The position numbers and the translations under genes are program-made. Below, one piece after another: positions 30,655 to 40,625 of a stretch of DNA of 64,000 nucleotides; the stretch's first letter is position 1; each line of letters begins with the position of its first letter. The notes under the pieces are model-generated. The model was given only the letters and a program-made list of their open reading frames with translations. It did no database searches and had not been told where the DNA came from. Origin of the DNA: a virus; the IMG/VR virus record IMGVR_UViG_3300044991_001407, positions 1-64,000 of that record; one strand, 5' to 3'.

Positions 30655-31065
30655 CTATAGACTTACTGAAAACAGGGAGAAATCAAGGTCCATTTGATAC
30701 CAACCTTCTTTCTCAATCGGTTCTGATACAGATGTTGAAACCAATTGAGAGCTTAATATACGAACATTTGAGCTAGACACAGTTCCTTGTATTTCATCAC
30801 CATGACCGAGTAATTCAATTAACCTTTCCCCAATTTTAAACATCCTATCAACATCAGAATCGTAAACTGAATAGCGAATAGCATCATATCTATTCCAATA
30901 TGCTTCAACTGATGGGATATAAGGGTTGTAGAAATAGACGACAAAAGGGGCTGTTTCTGTACCATAACCAATCACTGGAAAGAAGTTCATTGTTTTCCCA
31001 GCAATATTTGCCAAAGTTGTATCAGCTTTTAAAAATGTATTTACATCATAGACACTAATTGGCAT
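30655..31065 (-). CDS. tail terminator-like protein
   Basis: Size and position; APFVVY...YQMDLDF pattern. Confidence 0.6.
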   Translation of the reverse strand: MPISVYDVNTFLKADTTLANIAGKTMNFFPVIGYGTETAPFVVYFYNPYIPSVEAYWNRYDAIRYSVYDSDVDRMFKIGERLIELLGHGDEIQGTVSSSNVRILSSQLVSTSVSEPIEKEGWYQMDLDFSLFSVSL

Positions 31066-31068
31066 AAA

Positions 31069-31605
31069 TTACCTCAGGATATCCTTTGTAGGAGCTTTAA
31101 TATTACCACCAGATGTAAAGCCCTGACCTGAAAAGGATCTTTTAATTTCAGCTTTGATAACCTTTGCAGCCGCTTCCTTTATCTTGTCTCTCTTAGATGC
31201 AATTGCTACCTGTCTAACTTCTTTATAAAATCTTGCATATCCCTGAGCAACAGAAGCTTGTCTAGTCTTCATGAGACCATCGCCAGCAGAGATCGTTCCC
31301 CCGCCCTTCCTGCCAGTCAACAAAATTGCTGATGCAATCTGGATGTTTCTACCATTCTTTCCAGTTTGTGATTTTGGATATGGTTTAATTTTTAATTTAA
31401 TACCACCAGCACCAAATGGTATTAGTTCATATTGAAGGTACTTAGCAGCCTTTGCGATTGGAGAAACAGCATCTTTTAACTTCATTTTAGCCATCATCAT
31501 AGCTTCTGCTTGAGCGTACTGAATTCTGTTTGGCAATGTATCATAATAAATCTGTGCAGCAATCAATTGCGTCATTGAACGACTATCCACCTGAACATTA
31601 AGCAT
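31069..31605 (-). CDS. neck/tail-completion protein (HK97 gp10-like)
   Basis: Basic 178-aa protein between stopper and terminator. Confidence 0.5.
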   Translation of the reverse strand: MLNVQVDSRSMTQLIAAQIYYDTLPNRIQYAQAEAMMMAKMKLKDAVSPIAKAAKYLQYELIPFGAGGIKLKIKPYPKSQTGKNGRNIQIASAILLTGRKGGGTISAGDGLMKTRQASVAQGYARFYKEVRQVAIASKRDKIKEAAAKVIKAEIKRSFSGQGFTSGGNIKAPTKDILR

Positions 31606-31972
31606 TTTCTACCACCTTACGACATGTAAGAAGTATTTGACGCACCTTCCCGTTAAGACCAGTTTGTTTATGTATATTTACAATCTCAACTGGTCCAGCC
31701 TCAATGATATTCCCAAATCTATCTATAACATTTTGAATTCTGTTATTGTAAATAGCATAAGCCTGATCTTTATGAGAAATATAAAATTCAATTTCATCAA
31801 TGTTATCTATGTACGGATAAGTCCTTCTCTCTGACGACATTGATTGAAAGAAAGCCTTTATTGTTCCAGCCTTAGTGTATGTCATTGTTTTCTGACCAGC
31901 ATCATTCACAGAAGTGGTGCGTGTATAAACATCAATGCTATGCGGAAGTGGTAGAAATGTTCCTTGTGACAT
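31598..31972 (-). CDS. head closure/stopper protein
   Basis: IDVYTRTTSVNDAGQ pattern; position. Confidence 0.6.
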   Translation of the reverse strand: MSQGTFLPLPHSIDVYTRTTSVNDAGQKTMTYTKAGTIKAFFQSMSSERRTYPYIDNIDEIEFYISHKDQAYAIYNNRIQNVIDRFGNIIEAGPVEIVNIHKQTGLNGKVRQILLTCRKVVENA

Positions 31973-31974
31973 GA

Positions 31975-32907
31975 TTATACAATATAGTCCATAACGAAAA
32001 GTGTATAATCCATCAACAGGACATCTGCATCAATATTGCCAGTTGACTCGTAGAACGAAGAATCTCTTCTCATTTCGTACTCAATAGTATCCATATCCAC
32101 TCTTGCTATACCATGCCTTCTAAACTCAGAATCATCATTCATCATGTCAACCAACAAAAGATCTGCTGCTTGCTCAATATTGTTCGGAACAAACTGCCAT
32201 CCAAAATCACCCTCAATCCGATACACACTTTGAGGATTAAACTTATTAACAATTAAAAGAACATTTACGCTATCAAGAACTGATTTCCTGAACTGAACAT
32301 AATATGAGCTACCAAAACTATGAGGTTCTTTTATTTTTTCTATATGATTCATTGTTGCATCTGAGTAATCATGAAGAACTATCTCATCATTGGTTCCTGG
32401 ATCGGCTGTGACCTTTCTCAGAGTAGTTATTGGATTTGGAAGATGGATTGATTTCTTTCCAGAACCCATAACCTCAAGTTGTTTATTTGGATAGTACTCA
32501 AAAGACTGTCCACAGAAAGTGTTGATAATATTTCGCACCTTCTTTTCCATCTTCTCAAACTTGTCATACCAATCAGTTTCAAGCTCTGGGTGATCTTCAA
32601 AGAAGGTGTCAATGTCAATGTACGGCGTATAGACATTAAAGTATTGTGACTGTGTATATGATGTTGAACTTATCGTATATGTAAAATCAGCACGATATCT
32701 TCCCGCAGCATTTAGTATATAGATACCAGAAGCCGCTTGACCGTAAGTGATAGTGTAAACACCAGCACTTGATCTTGTTGCGTTTGTTGGACCAGAAACA
32801 AGTGAGCCAAACTCATGATACAAACTAACTGACACCACATTAGATGTAGGGTCGCTTGGAAGCGTTAGAGTTAGCGTTTTACTTGTTTCAATCTTTACAT
32901 CATCCAT
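31975..32907 (-). CDS. head-tail adaptor with N-terminal Ig-like domain
   Basis: IINTFCGQSF and GWQFVPNNIEQAA connector motifs. Confidence 0.65.
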   Translation of the reverse strand: MDDVKIETSKTLTLTLPSDPTSNVVSVSLYHEFGSLVSGPTNATRSSAGVYTITYGQAASGIYILNAAGRYRADFTYTISSTSYTQSQYFNVYTPYIDIDTFFEDHPELETDWYDKFEKMEKKVRNIINTFCGQSFEYYPNKQLEVMGSGKKSIHLPNPITTLRKVTADPGTNDEIVLHDYSDATMNHIEKIKEPHSFGSSYYVQFRKSVLDSVNVLLIVNKFNPQSVYRIEGDFGWQFVPNNIEQAADLLLVDMMNDDSEFRRHGIARVDMDTIEYEMRRDSSFYESTGNIDADVLLMDYTLFVMDYIV

Positions 32908-32940
32908 AGTTCAATTATAACAGAATAAGGGTTTTATACC

Positions 32941-33147
32941 CTAGAATGTTGACATTGCTACATCAACAGCTAAATCAGAAATATCAACTTTAAACAGACC
33001 TTTTATGTCAAAAGAAATAATTGCATTACTTGAGTCTTTGAAAAATAAAATACCGTCAGCATAATTAATAGCTAATTCACCATATTCTAAAGATGTTGGG
33101 GCAGCATTGGCTGTACCAGAATTTTTAATTTTTATTACATTAGCCAT
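32941..33147 (-). CDS. short fibre-anchor-like protein
   Basis: IKIKNSGTANAAPTSLEYGELAINYADG; paralogous to the N-terminus of 33161..34351. Confidence 0.55.
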   Translation of the reverse strand: MANVIKIKNSGTANAAPTSLEYGELAINYADGILFFKDSSNAIISFDIKGLFKVDISDLAVDVAMSTF

Positions 33148-33160
33148 TAGCCCCTCTTAA

Positions 33161-34351
33161 TTAGAATGTACCACCATCAATTGTAGCAGTGTTAGCGGCA
33201 AGTGCTGCGAGCTGAGCGCTGTAGGCTTGAACATTTGAACCAATTGCAAGACCTAATGCAGTTCTTGCATCAGAAGCATTTGCAGAGCCAGTACCACCGT
33301 AAGCAATTGCTACAGCAGTTCCTTGCCATACACCAGTCCCGATAGTTCCTACGGTTGTAAGACTTGAGGTAACAACACTTGAAGCCAAAGTTGTATTTGA
33401 AAGTACTGCTGAGCCCCCGATGTAGAATGACTTACCAGTAAGAATATTGAAGTGCTCAGAAGATGTCCAAGCATCGGTAGCATCTACCCAGTTCAATGTC
33501 TTATCTGTTGCACCAAGAATTGTGATACCAGCGCCATCGGCAGTTGTATCTGTTGGTGTTGCAACATTGGCAAGAACAATATTCTTATCCTCAACAACGA
33601 GTGTTGCTGTGTTAAGAGTTGTTGTATTACCATTAACAATCAAATCTCCAGAAACTGTGAGGTTATTACTGATCGTAACATTAGCTGGAAGGCTAAGTGT
33701 TACTGCACCAACACCAGAGTTTGATACTGCAATTTCATTAGCGGTTCCTGTCAAACCCGTTACAAGGTTTGTTGCTCTATCACTAACTTGTGAAGCAGTG
33801 ATTGAAATTGATGTAGATGCAGCATTGGTCAAACGACCCTGAGCATCAACTGTGAATGAGCCAACAGCAGATGCGTTACCATATGTAGCAGCTGTAACGG
33901 CGGTATTGTCAAGGTTAATGGTAATTGTATCGGTTGCCCCAGCAGTTGCTGTAAGACCTGTACCACCTGAAATTGTCAGGGTGTCACCAGATGTAATTGT
34001 CTGACTCGTACCACCATCGCCAGCAAGGGTGAATGTTGTTGTAGCATTAGATACGGCACTATCAACATAAAGCTTAGTAGCTGCGTGACCGTTTGCAGTT
34101 GGAGTTGCGACAATCGTTGCACCGCTAAATGTTTTGTTACCAGTGATTGTTTGCTCACTAGACAGGGTGATAAAAGCACCAAGACCAGCGATTGCTTCAA
34201 CAGTGGTTGCAGATCCACCTGCACCACCAGTTCCTTTACCGTAGTAAAGAATATTATCTACTTCGTTAAATGCTAATTCTGCATTTTCCAAACTTGCAGG
34301 TGCGCCAGCATTGCCAGTCGCCCTTCTTTTGATTCTCAGCGTATTCGCCAT
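33161..34351 (-). CDS. fibre protein (neck/collar-associated)
   Basis: LRIKRR...LENAELAFN anchor; ATKLYVD and TVDAQGRLT fibre motifs; ends IDGGTF. Confidence 0.7.
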   Translation of the reverse strand: MANTLRIKRRATGNAGAPASLENAELAFNEVDNILYYGKGTGGAGGSATTVEAIAGLGAFITLSSEQTITGNKTFSGATIVATPTANGHAATKLYVDSAVSNATTTFTLAGDGGTSQTITSGDTLTISGGTGLTATAGATDTITINLDNTAVTAATYGNASAVGSFTVDAQGRLTNAASTSISITASQVSDRATNLVTGLTGTANEIAVSNSGVGAVTLSLPANVTISNNLTVSGDLIVNGNTTTLNTATLVVEDKNIVLANVATPTDTTADGAGITILGATDKTLNWVDATDAWTSSEHFNILTGKSFYIGGSAVLSNTTLASSVVTSSLTTVGTIGTGVWQGTAVAIAYGGTGSANASDARTALGLAIGSNVQAYSAQLAALAANTATIDGGTF

Positions 34352-34650
34352 TAGTAATTCCCTCCATCCATTAATAGATTTGCTGCACTATGAACATGAT
34401 CTGCCCTAGCCGCTAAATTGCTTACTCCAACACTTGCAGCTCTAGTGACATCGGCTGGATCTGATGTAGCAAAAGAAAGTGATGCTAAATTAATTGTTCC
34501 AGAAGATTGAGTTAGGACTGTTGTATCATTCGTTTGTACGGTTACTGCTGTAATCTCAGAAGCAACCGTAATATTTGAGACATCTGTAGATACAGACAGG
34601 GATGTTATGTCACCGCTAGATACCTGAACGGTTGTGATGTCCCCAGCCAT
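34351..34650 (-). CDS. small structural protein
   Basis: ARADHVH motif; ends MDGGNY like its neighbour. Confidence 0.5.
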   Translation of the reverse strand: MAGDITTVQVSSGDITSLSVSTDVSNITVASEITAVTVQTNDTTVLTQSSGTINLASLSFATSDPADVTRAASVGVSNLAARADHVHSAANLLMDGGNY

Positions 34651-34982
34651 TACCTACTTACCTCACCAGTTACTGTTACTGTTCCAGTAATCAGCGTGGT
34701 GACAACAGCGCCATTAGTTTCTTGAAAATCATAAACATATGTCCCTGCAGCAATATTTGCTGTAGCCGCAGCAGTCAAAGACATAACAACAATGCCATTA
34801 GCACCGTTTGTAATTTCAGATGTAAATGTCGCTGCAGCCGTGTCAGAGTTTCTTTTCTTTCTAATCTGACCAGAGTAAGTTCTAGATGTAATAGTTACAT
34901 TAGCATTAGCACTATTTCTAATGCGTAGCTCATGAGCATAAGTATCGCCTTGATAAATAGTAATATTTCTAGTTGCAGCCAT
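34650..34982 (-). CDS. BppU-N-like virion structural protein
   Basis: ITIYQGDT...YVYDFQ...LITGTVTV. Confidence 0.6.
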   Translation of the reverse strand: MAATRNITIYQGDTYAHELRIRNSANANVTITSRTYSGQIRKKRNSDTAAATFTSEITNGANGIVVMSLTAAATANIAAGTYVYDFQETNGAVVTTLITGTVTVTGEVSR

Positions 34983-35014
34983 AATATCTCCTATAAGATA
35001 TTATCAAAGATTGG

Positions 35015-35857
35015 TTATGCCAGCAACGCAGCCCAAGTGTTTTGATCAACATCTCCAGTAACAGCAAGACCTTTTGCTTTCTGGAAATCTTTAATTAGTC
35101 CTTGAGTTTTTGGTCCAAAATCACCATCTGGCTTACAAGCAAAACCATGCTTTGCTAGAAGTGTTTGAGCTTCTTTAACAGCAACACCTTTGTTATCTTT
35201 TGTAAGATTTGGTTTGGCAGCAGCAGCGACAATGTTTGGCTTAGGCGTTGCTGCCTTTGCTTCAGCAGCAGCCTTTTGCTCAGCTACTGTCCCAAATGGA
35301 CCGCCTTCTTTTGGATTACGAGCAACATAATCTTTTACTGCTTGAGGAACTGCATCACCACATACATAACGGATATGCCAAGGCTCTGAAGGAACTACTT
35401 CCCAACTCCACCCGAACTTTTCAACATTAGCAATCAACCAATTAATTCTTTTCTTATCACTTGCATTGGCAATATCAACTGCCAAGCCGAGGTTATGCTG
35501 TGACTTACCAGGTGTGGCAAGCATAGCCATACCTTTCTTCAAGTACCAAGTCTTACCTTCAAAAGTTTTTGTTGATCCAGTTCCTGTATTCTCAAGAGTG
35601 TAGCGAGTAAGAAATCCTGCCTTTTGGCTCTCATAACTGCGATATAGATCGCCGCTGCTCGTGGGCTTAAGCTCAACACCATCAGCTTTTGCAGCCTCAA
35701 CCATTGCAAGCCATGCATCAGCCGCAAGGTAAAACAATTTTCCACCGCCTGGAATATCCCTAAGCAAGCTTGCATGCAACTTACCTGGCTCAACACCTTT
35801 AAGCGCAACAGGCATCTTTACTTCAACAATATAATCCCATTCTGTTCTCTTAGCCAT
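35015..35857 (-). CDS. endolysin: VanY/M15B peptidase + peptidoglycan-binding domain
   Basis: YRSYESQ, SQHNLGLAVD, EPWH; C-terminal DGDFGPKT...FQKAKGL..TGDVDQNTW. Confidence 0.9.
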   Translation of the reverse strand: MAKRTEWDYIVEVKMPVALKGVEPGKLHASLLRDIPGGGKLFYLAADAWLAMVEAAKADGVELKPTSSGDLYRSYESQKAGFLTRYTLENTGTGSTKTFEGKTWYLKKGMAMLATPGKSQHNLGLAVDIANASDKKRINWLIANVEKFGWSWEVVPSEPWHIRYVCGDAVPQAVKDYVARNPKEGGPFGTVAEQKAAAEAKAATPKPNIVAAAAKPNLTKDNKGVAVKEAQTLLAKHGFACKPDGDFGPKTQGLIKDFQKAKGLAVTGDVDQNTWAALLA

Positions 35858-36105
35858 TACTTAATCTCCTCTTTTCTCTTTTCAGTTTTTGAAAAGACAC
35901 GATCAATTTCGTCTAGACTAAGTTTACCATCATCCAGGAATGCTCTTGACAACCCTTCAATAACAGTTGCTACGCCTGCGATGCCCGCCATGAAAATTGC
36001 TTTCCATAGCGGGACACCAGCAATCGTGCCAGCACCGACAACACCCAAGCCAGAAGCAGCAAATGTTGCAATAATTCTAAGGAGGATGTTTTGTATCTGT
36101 GCCAT
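35857..36105 (-). CDS. holin-like membrane protein
   Basis: Two hydrophobic helices and a charged tail; adjacent to the endolysin. Confidence 0.65.
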   Translation of the reverse strand: MAQIQNILLRIIATFAASGLGVVGAGTIAGVPLWKAIFMAGIAGVATVIEGLSRAFLDDGKLSLDEIDRVFSKTEKRKEEIK

Positions 36106-36117
36106 TTTAAATTAACC

Positions 36118-36315
36118 TTACTTCTTTCTTCCGAAAGCTGCATCGTTTGGATTCAACCAACGAAGAATTACTGGCGCAATAGCCGCAACTCCTGCAGTAG
36201 CAATCGCTTTTGGATCATGATTGCCTGTCATATAGACAGCCAAAGCAGCTCCAAAGAACGATCTCGCCCAAGACGAAAGCATTTTTTTATTAGCATCATT
36301 CAATAAAGTAGACAA
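36118..36315 (-). CDS. holin-like membrane protein
   Basis: SWARSFFGAALAVY...ILRWLNPNDAAFG; AAGGAGG SD. Confidence 0.65.
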   Translation of the reverse strand: MSTLLNDANKKMLSSWARSFFGAALAVYMTGNHDPKAIATAGVAAIAPVILRWLNPNDAAFGRKK

Positions 36316-36366
36316 AAACCACCTCCTTACCCCAACGGGTCAATACTAATTATATCTCAGAGTTAT

Positions 36367-39300
36367 TTATTCGTCATTCTTTAGAATTTCATGAACATAA
36401 TGCACAAGAATAGCAATTAAAGTTGATACTCCAGCTATTTTTTGGGTTGTGCCAGACAATGTAACATAAACAACAAGGCTTCCAGCAAGAGTAAAGATAA
36501 TTCCAGCTGTTATGTCCCACATTTTTTTACTAAACCCAAATAGATTAAATTTCTTCATTTCTTTACCCTCCCTTATATAATACCTGTAAATACTATTTTT
36601 TGTAAACTCTTCTCCGTCATCTTCTTCTGGACCAGCTATTTCACCTGCCATCTCTCCTGACTCTTCTTCCTTTCTAGAACGACCTTCGGTTCCCCCAGAA
36701 CTTCCAGAACCACCAGATCCTCCCGAACCACCGCCAGATGAACCACCAGTGCTTCCTCCAGTAGATGCAGAGCCAACAGCTATTGCAGCTACTGCGGCTG
36801 TTGCAGCCAAGATTGATTTACGGGTTCCAACATCAATTGATGAACCTGTCGGGGTGTAGTCATCAAACCCATCTCCATAGATGTCAACTTCCTCTTCAAA
36901 CGATTCCTTAATTTCAGCAGGAGCGTCAGTAAGTGCTGTTGCTAATTCTGTTTTCTGCTCTTCGGTAAACTGATCTGGCTCAATTGCAGCGAACACTGCT
37001 GCAACTTGCTCAAGAGGAAGTTCTTCAAAGTTTCCATTCTCAATAACTGCAATTGCAGAATCTGGATCAATTGTCTCTTCACTGATTGCATCAATCACAT
37101 TTGCTAATGCGTCAACTGATTCAATATTTTCAATAACACCCAAAACCTCTTCTGCCGAAAGGCTGTCTAGGATTTCTGTCAACTGCTCCACAGATACTTC
37201 TTCAAAAACCTGGTCTAGTTGCTCAACAGAAAGTGTGTCAATTAAATATATGACATCTTCCACAGAAGCGTTCATAATCTCGTCAATGACCTGACCAACC
37301 TGCTCTTCTGTTAATATCTCCTCAGTTATAACAACTTCAAACTCTGGGATAAAAGTATCCACAATTTCAGGTTCTATAATTTCGGTCTCTATAATTTCAA
37401 AGTCTGGCAGACTGGTGTCCACTTCAACTTCTTCTAAAATTGAGTCTATGGGTTCAAACTCAGGTACCGTAATTGCTGGTTCCTCAATTACCGTTTCAAT
37501 CTCAGGAAGGGGCTCAGAGGGCTCTGGGAGCTCCACTGTTGTATTTATAGGTGGATACTCAATGACAGGGGGCTCTGGTATATTTATAAAAACTGTAGTC
37601 GTTGTGGTCGTAGTAGTAGTTGTGGTAGTTACCACGGTATTGCCATCTTCAACAAAATTAAGACCAGCGTAAATTACACCATTTTCTTCAAATGTATTAT
37701 TGCGAGAAGTTGACCAAGAGTTTGCATCAACACCATTGTTGAGCGATTGTCCATTGTTAAATCTATTTGCAAATTCAATTGCATATGCATTACCCGTAAA
37801 TGTATTTCCCTCTATCAGTTGATTATCAACACCAGGTGTCCACGATGTAGGTATCCATGATGCAAGACGAATACCAACGCCATTATCTGTAAATGTAGAA
37901 CTATAAACCTGTTGACGGTTAAGACCTTGTAGTTGAGCTGCGGCTGCTGTATTGCCAGAGAATACTGAGTTTTCAATTCTTACAAAGCGCTCAGTTGCAA
38001 GACCATATGAGTTGTTTAAGAATTGAGAATTATTAATATAAATTCTATTTTGATAGTCAGTGTCTGTAAGACTCTTTGCTGCTGGGGTGCTTCCATAGTC
38101 AGAACGAATGCCAGCGTAGTTGTTTATAAATATACATCCATAAAAAGTTGTTACAGTTTGATTTTGCTGATACCATGCGTAGTTCTGAGTGTTAGAGAAT
38201 TTAACATTTGTAATTGTAAATGTTCCTTGATTTGTCCATACAAGTCCACCTGCAGCATTTTTACCATTCTTCAGTGTCATATCATTGATAAGAACATTTC
38301 TTTGACCATTATTGTAAATAGCACGATATAGACCGCTTCCGTCAACAATAGTCTCGTTCATCCCCAAGCCAGTAATTGTCAAACCCGCAGTGATTGCTGG
38401 AAGATCCGCAGTGAGTGTTACCGTTCCTGCAATATCAAAAGTAATTGAATCGTATATCCCACCAGAGTTTGCATTTGCCTGATTAATAGCCCAACGCAAT
38501 GTCCCCGAAGAACCATCGTCTAAAAGACTTGTGACTTCTAAAGAATTTGCTGGAGGAAGGGTTGTTGTAGTAGTCGGTGGAGTTGTAGTAGTGGTCGTTG
38601 TAGTAGTGGTGGTTGTAGTAGTTTCTTCCACAGTAGTTGTTGGAGCAACTGTTGGTGCTGTTTCATTATTTGGAGCAACCCCGCCAAATGTTGTGCAGGA
38701 TCCTGCTTGGGTGCAACTTTGAGTTGTACCTACTTCATCATCAACCATCAGGACTGGAGAGAGAGCTGTGTCATCAAGATTGAATGCAGTGAAGCCCATC
38801 TTGTAAGTTCCGTCAACAGAAACCTCGTATGTTGAAGTTTGCCAGCCAGTTGAGCCATATGAGTTAGTTGAGTAATCACCAGTTCCTGGATTTGTAAACC
38901 CAAGAAGTGCATATGATTGTACAAAATTGTTTACAGTTATAACTGGAGTTGATGCAACGGTGACAGGGACAAGTGAGGTGATTGAGCCATCATTAAATGG
39001 AACATAATCAGTTGCCATATAATTCCAAGACATCGTGTAAACTACCCCCGCAGTTAATTCAACTTCACGAGTAATCCATGCCGCATCGGTTGGATTGCCA
39101 TTGCCAAACCCAGCAGCAGAAGCCTGCCCTGCGAGCATGCTTCTAATATCAGATGTTTGAGTTGTGGTAAGACCAAGAGCGGCGGTTGCTTGATTAAATG
39201 TTTGTTCATTTCTTGGCTGCAGAGCAACAGCATATGTTCCACCCTTTGGAGAGAATGTCCAGTTGCCTGCTGCAACCGCAGGAGCGTAATATGGGTTTGG

Positions 39301-39591
39301 TGCACCATTAACTGTTGGGCTTCCCATTGCTCCATTTGCACCATGACTAAACAACCTAGAACCGTTGAATATGGTTACTCCAGTTCCACCTCCGTTAATT
39401 GATGCCCCAAGGGTTCCTGTTTGTGATCCTCTTGACCAACCAGTAAAGGTATTATCTTCAAACCCCGCATTCGGAATAGAAACAGAAGTTGCATCTGCGT
39501 ATGACGATGGAATAAAAATTGATACGAGAGATATAACCAGTGCAGGGACTATTACCCAGGAGCCTTTGCTGAAAGATATCTTTCTCATCAC
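36367..39591 (-). CDS. large exported, membrane-anchored protein (beta-helix, poly-Thr linkers, acidic stalk)
   Basis: N-terminal signal-like segment; GTLRWAINQAN beta-helix start; poly-T tracts; two C-terminal TM helices. Confidence 0.7.
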   Translation of the reverse strand: MMRKISFSKGSWVIVPALVISLVSIFIPSSYADATSVSIPNAGFEDNTFTGWSRGSQTGTLGASINGGGTGVTIFNGSRLFSHGANGAMGSPTVNGAPNPYYAPAVAAGNWTFSPKGGTYAVALQPRNEQTFNQATAALGLTTTQTSDIRSMLAGQASAAGFGNGNPTDAAWITREVELTAGVVYTMSWNYMATDYVPFNDGSITSLVPVTVASTPVITVNNFVQSYALLGFTNPGTGDYSTNSYGSTGWQTSTYEVSVDGTYKMGFTAFNLDDTALSPVLMVDDEVGTTQSCTQAGSCTTFGGVAPNNETAPTVAPTTTVEETTTTTTTTTTTTTTPPTTTTTLPPANSLEVTSLLDDGSSGTLRWAINQANANSGGIYDSITFDIAGTVTLTADLPAITAGLTITGLGMNETIVDGSGLYRAIYNNGQRNVLINDMTLKNGKNAAGGLVWTNQGTFTITNVKFSNTQNYAWYQQNQTVTTFYGCIFINNYAGIRSDYGSTPAAKSLTDTDYQNRIYINNSQFLNNSYGLATERFVRIENSVFSGNTAAAAQLQGLNRQQVYSSTFTDNGVGIRLASWIPTSWTPGVDNQLIEGNTFTGNAYAIEFANRFNNGQSLNNGVDANSWSTSRNNTFEENGVIYAGLNFVEDGNTVVTTTTTTTTTTTTVFINIPEPPVIEYPPINTTVELPEPSEPLPEIETVIEEPAITVPEFEPIDSILEEVEVDTSLPDFEIIETEIIEPEIVDTFIPEFEVVITEEILTEEQVGQVIDEIMNASVEDVIYLIDTLSVEQLDQVFEEVSVEQLTEILDSLSAEEVLGVIENIESVDALANVIDAISEETIDPDSAIAVIENGNFEELPLEQVAAVFAAIEPDQFTEEQKTELATALTDAPAEIKESFEEEVDIYGDGFDDYTPTGSSIDVGTRKSILAATAAVAAIAVGSASTGGSTGGSSGGGSGGSGGSGSSGGTEGRSRKEEESGEMAGEIAGPEEDDGEEFTKNSIYRYYIREGKEMKKFNLFGFSKKMWDITAGIIFTLAGSLVVYVTLSGTTQKIAGVSTLIAILVHYVHEILKNDE

Positions 39592-39848
39592 TCCTCTGAT
39601 GAACTGTCTTTATTCCTTCCCGTAGAGATCATTAGACCAGCTAATGTTCCTGTAATAAATGTTGCGACAGAGGAAAGAACGCCGAAGAACATTTTGTCGT
39701 TTTCGGCTTGAGCGCCAATTGGCTGTGTTACGAATACAAGAGCGTAGAGGATAAAAACAGTAGTGACAAGTAGAACTGTTCCGAGCATACAGCCAATAAC
39801 GAATTTCAAACGAGCGTCTAGTTCTTCTGGAGTTAGTCTTTTTTTCAT
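39588..39848 (-). CDS. two-TM membrane protein
   Basis: Likely start MKKRLTPEEL at 39848 (ATGA overlap); two hydrophobic helices. Confidence 0.65.
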   Translation of the reverse strand: MKKRLTPEELDARLKFVIGCMLGTVLLVTTVFILYALVFVTQPIGAQAENDKMFFGVLSSVATFITGTLAGLMISTGRNKDSSSEE

Positions 39849-40063
39849 GGTACGGTTGTCTCCTCTACGAGGATGCTTGTCTCCGAAGCTGGATCGTATC
39901 CGAGCAAGCTTTCTGTGCAAGCCCCATCTACCTTGCATATTGGTGGATTGCATTCTTCCTTCTCCCAATTTTCTGGGTCTTGACATGGGTAGCGATAACC
40001 ACCGTCATATCCGCAAGAAAGCAAGCCTATTGAAAGGCATAACACAGAAAATAATCTTTTCAC
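39845..40063 (-). CDS. small Cys-rich lipoprotein
   Basis: Signal peptide with lipobox-like LLS|C; YRYPCQDPENWEKEECNPPICKVDGAC. Confidence 0.65.
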   Translation of the reverse strand: MKRLFSVLCLSIGLLSCGYDGGYRYPCQDPENWEKEECNPPICKVDGACTESLLGYDPASETSILVEETTVP

Positions 40064-40100
40064 CTAAACATTATAACTTAATCTTAATTATTAAGATAAA

Positions 40101-40625
40101 TTATATAGATATAAGTAATGCTGCTGTGTATAAATCCTGAACTTTACCAAAGAGGGTTGAGTTTTTTATCTCGTCATAATAAATATTTTTATTAGTTGGT
40201 CTTGGGAAATTATCTGGATGGTTTGTTTTCATATCCAGATTTATATCATTAATATCTAATTGAAATATCTTATCTAAACCAAATTTATTTGATATATTAT
40301 CCATGCATATCTGTGGACTATTTACTAATGAATCAAAACTTATGCAGATAGATGTCTCAGTATTTTCAATAGAAGCCTGTAAGAATCTGCAGTACCAATC
40401 TATCAACCCCTCTGTGGTAGAGGGTATCTCCTCGGACATTTTCATCCATGATGAAATACATTCCAGTGGATCTCTAATGATAGTTACTACAGAATCTCCA
40501 TCCCTGAGAGGCTGTATTCTATGCTGAGTATAATCAACATTGTCTATGCCAAAAGAATTTCTACAACAAACATAAAGATATGTTGTTCCGCATCTGGGGA
40601 AGCCAACAATTTTTAATCTTGCCAT
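40101..40625 (-). CDS. sulfotransferase-like P-loop protein
   Basis: GFPRCGTTY (5'-PSB-like) and IIRDPLECISS (3'-PB-like). Confidence 0.65.
   Translation of the reverse strand: MARLKIVGFPRCGTTYLYVCCRNSFGIDNVDYTQHRIQPLRDGDSVVTIIRDPLECISSWMKMSEEIPSTTEGLIDWYCRFLQASIENTETSICISFDSLVNSPQICMDNISNKFGLDKIFQLDINDINLDMKTNHPDNFPRPTNKNIYYDEIKNSTLFGKVQDLYTAALLISI

Noticed and set aside
39588-40063. Lipoprotein + TM pair as Rz/Rz1 spanins
   Set aside because: The TM protein has two helices and no periplasmic coiled coil, and the inferred host is actinobacterial; left as unknown envelope proteins
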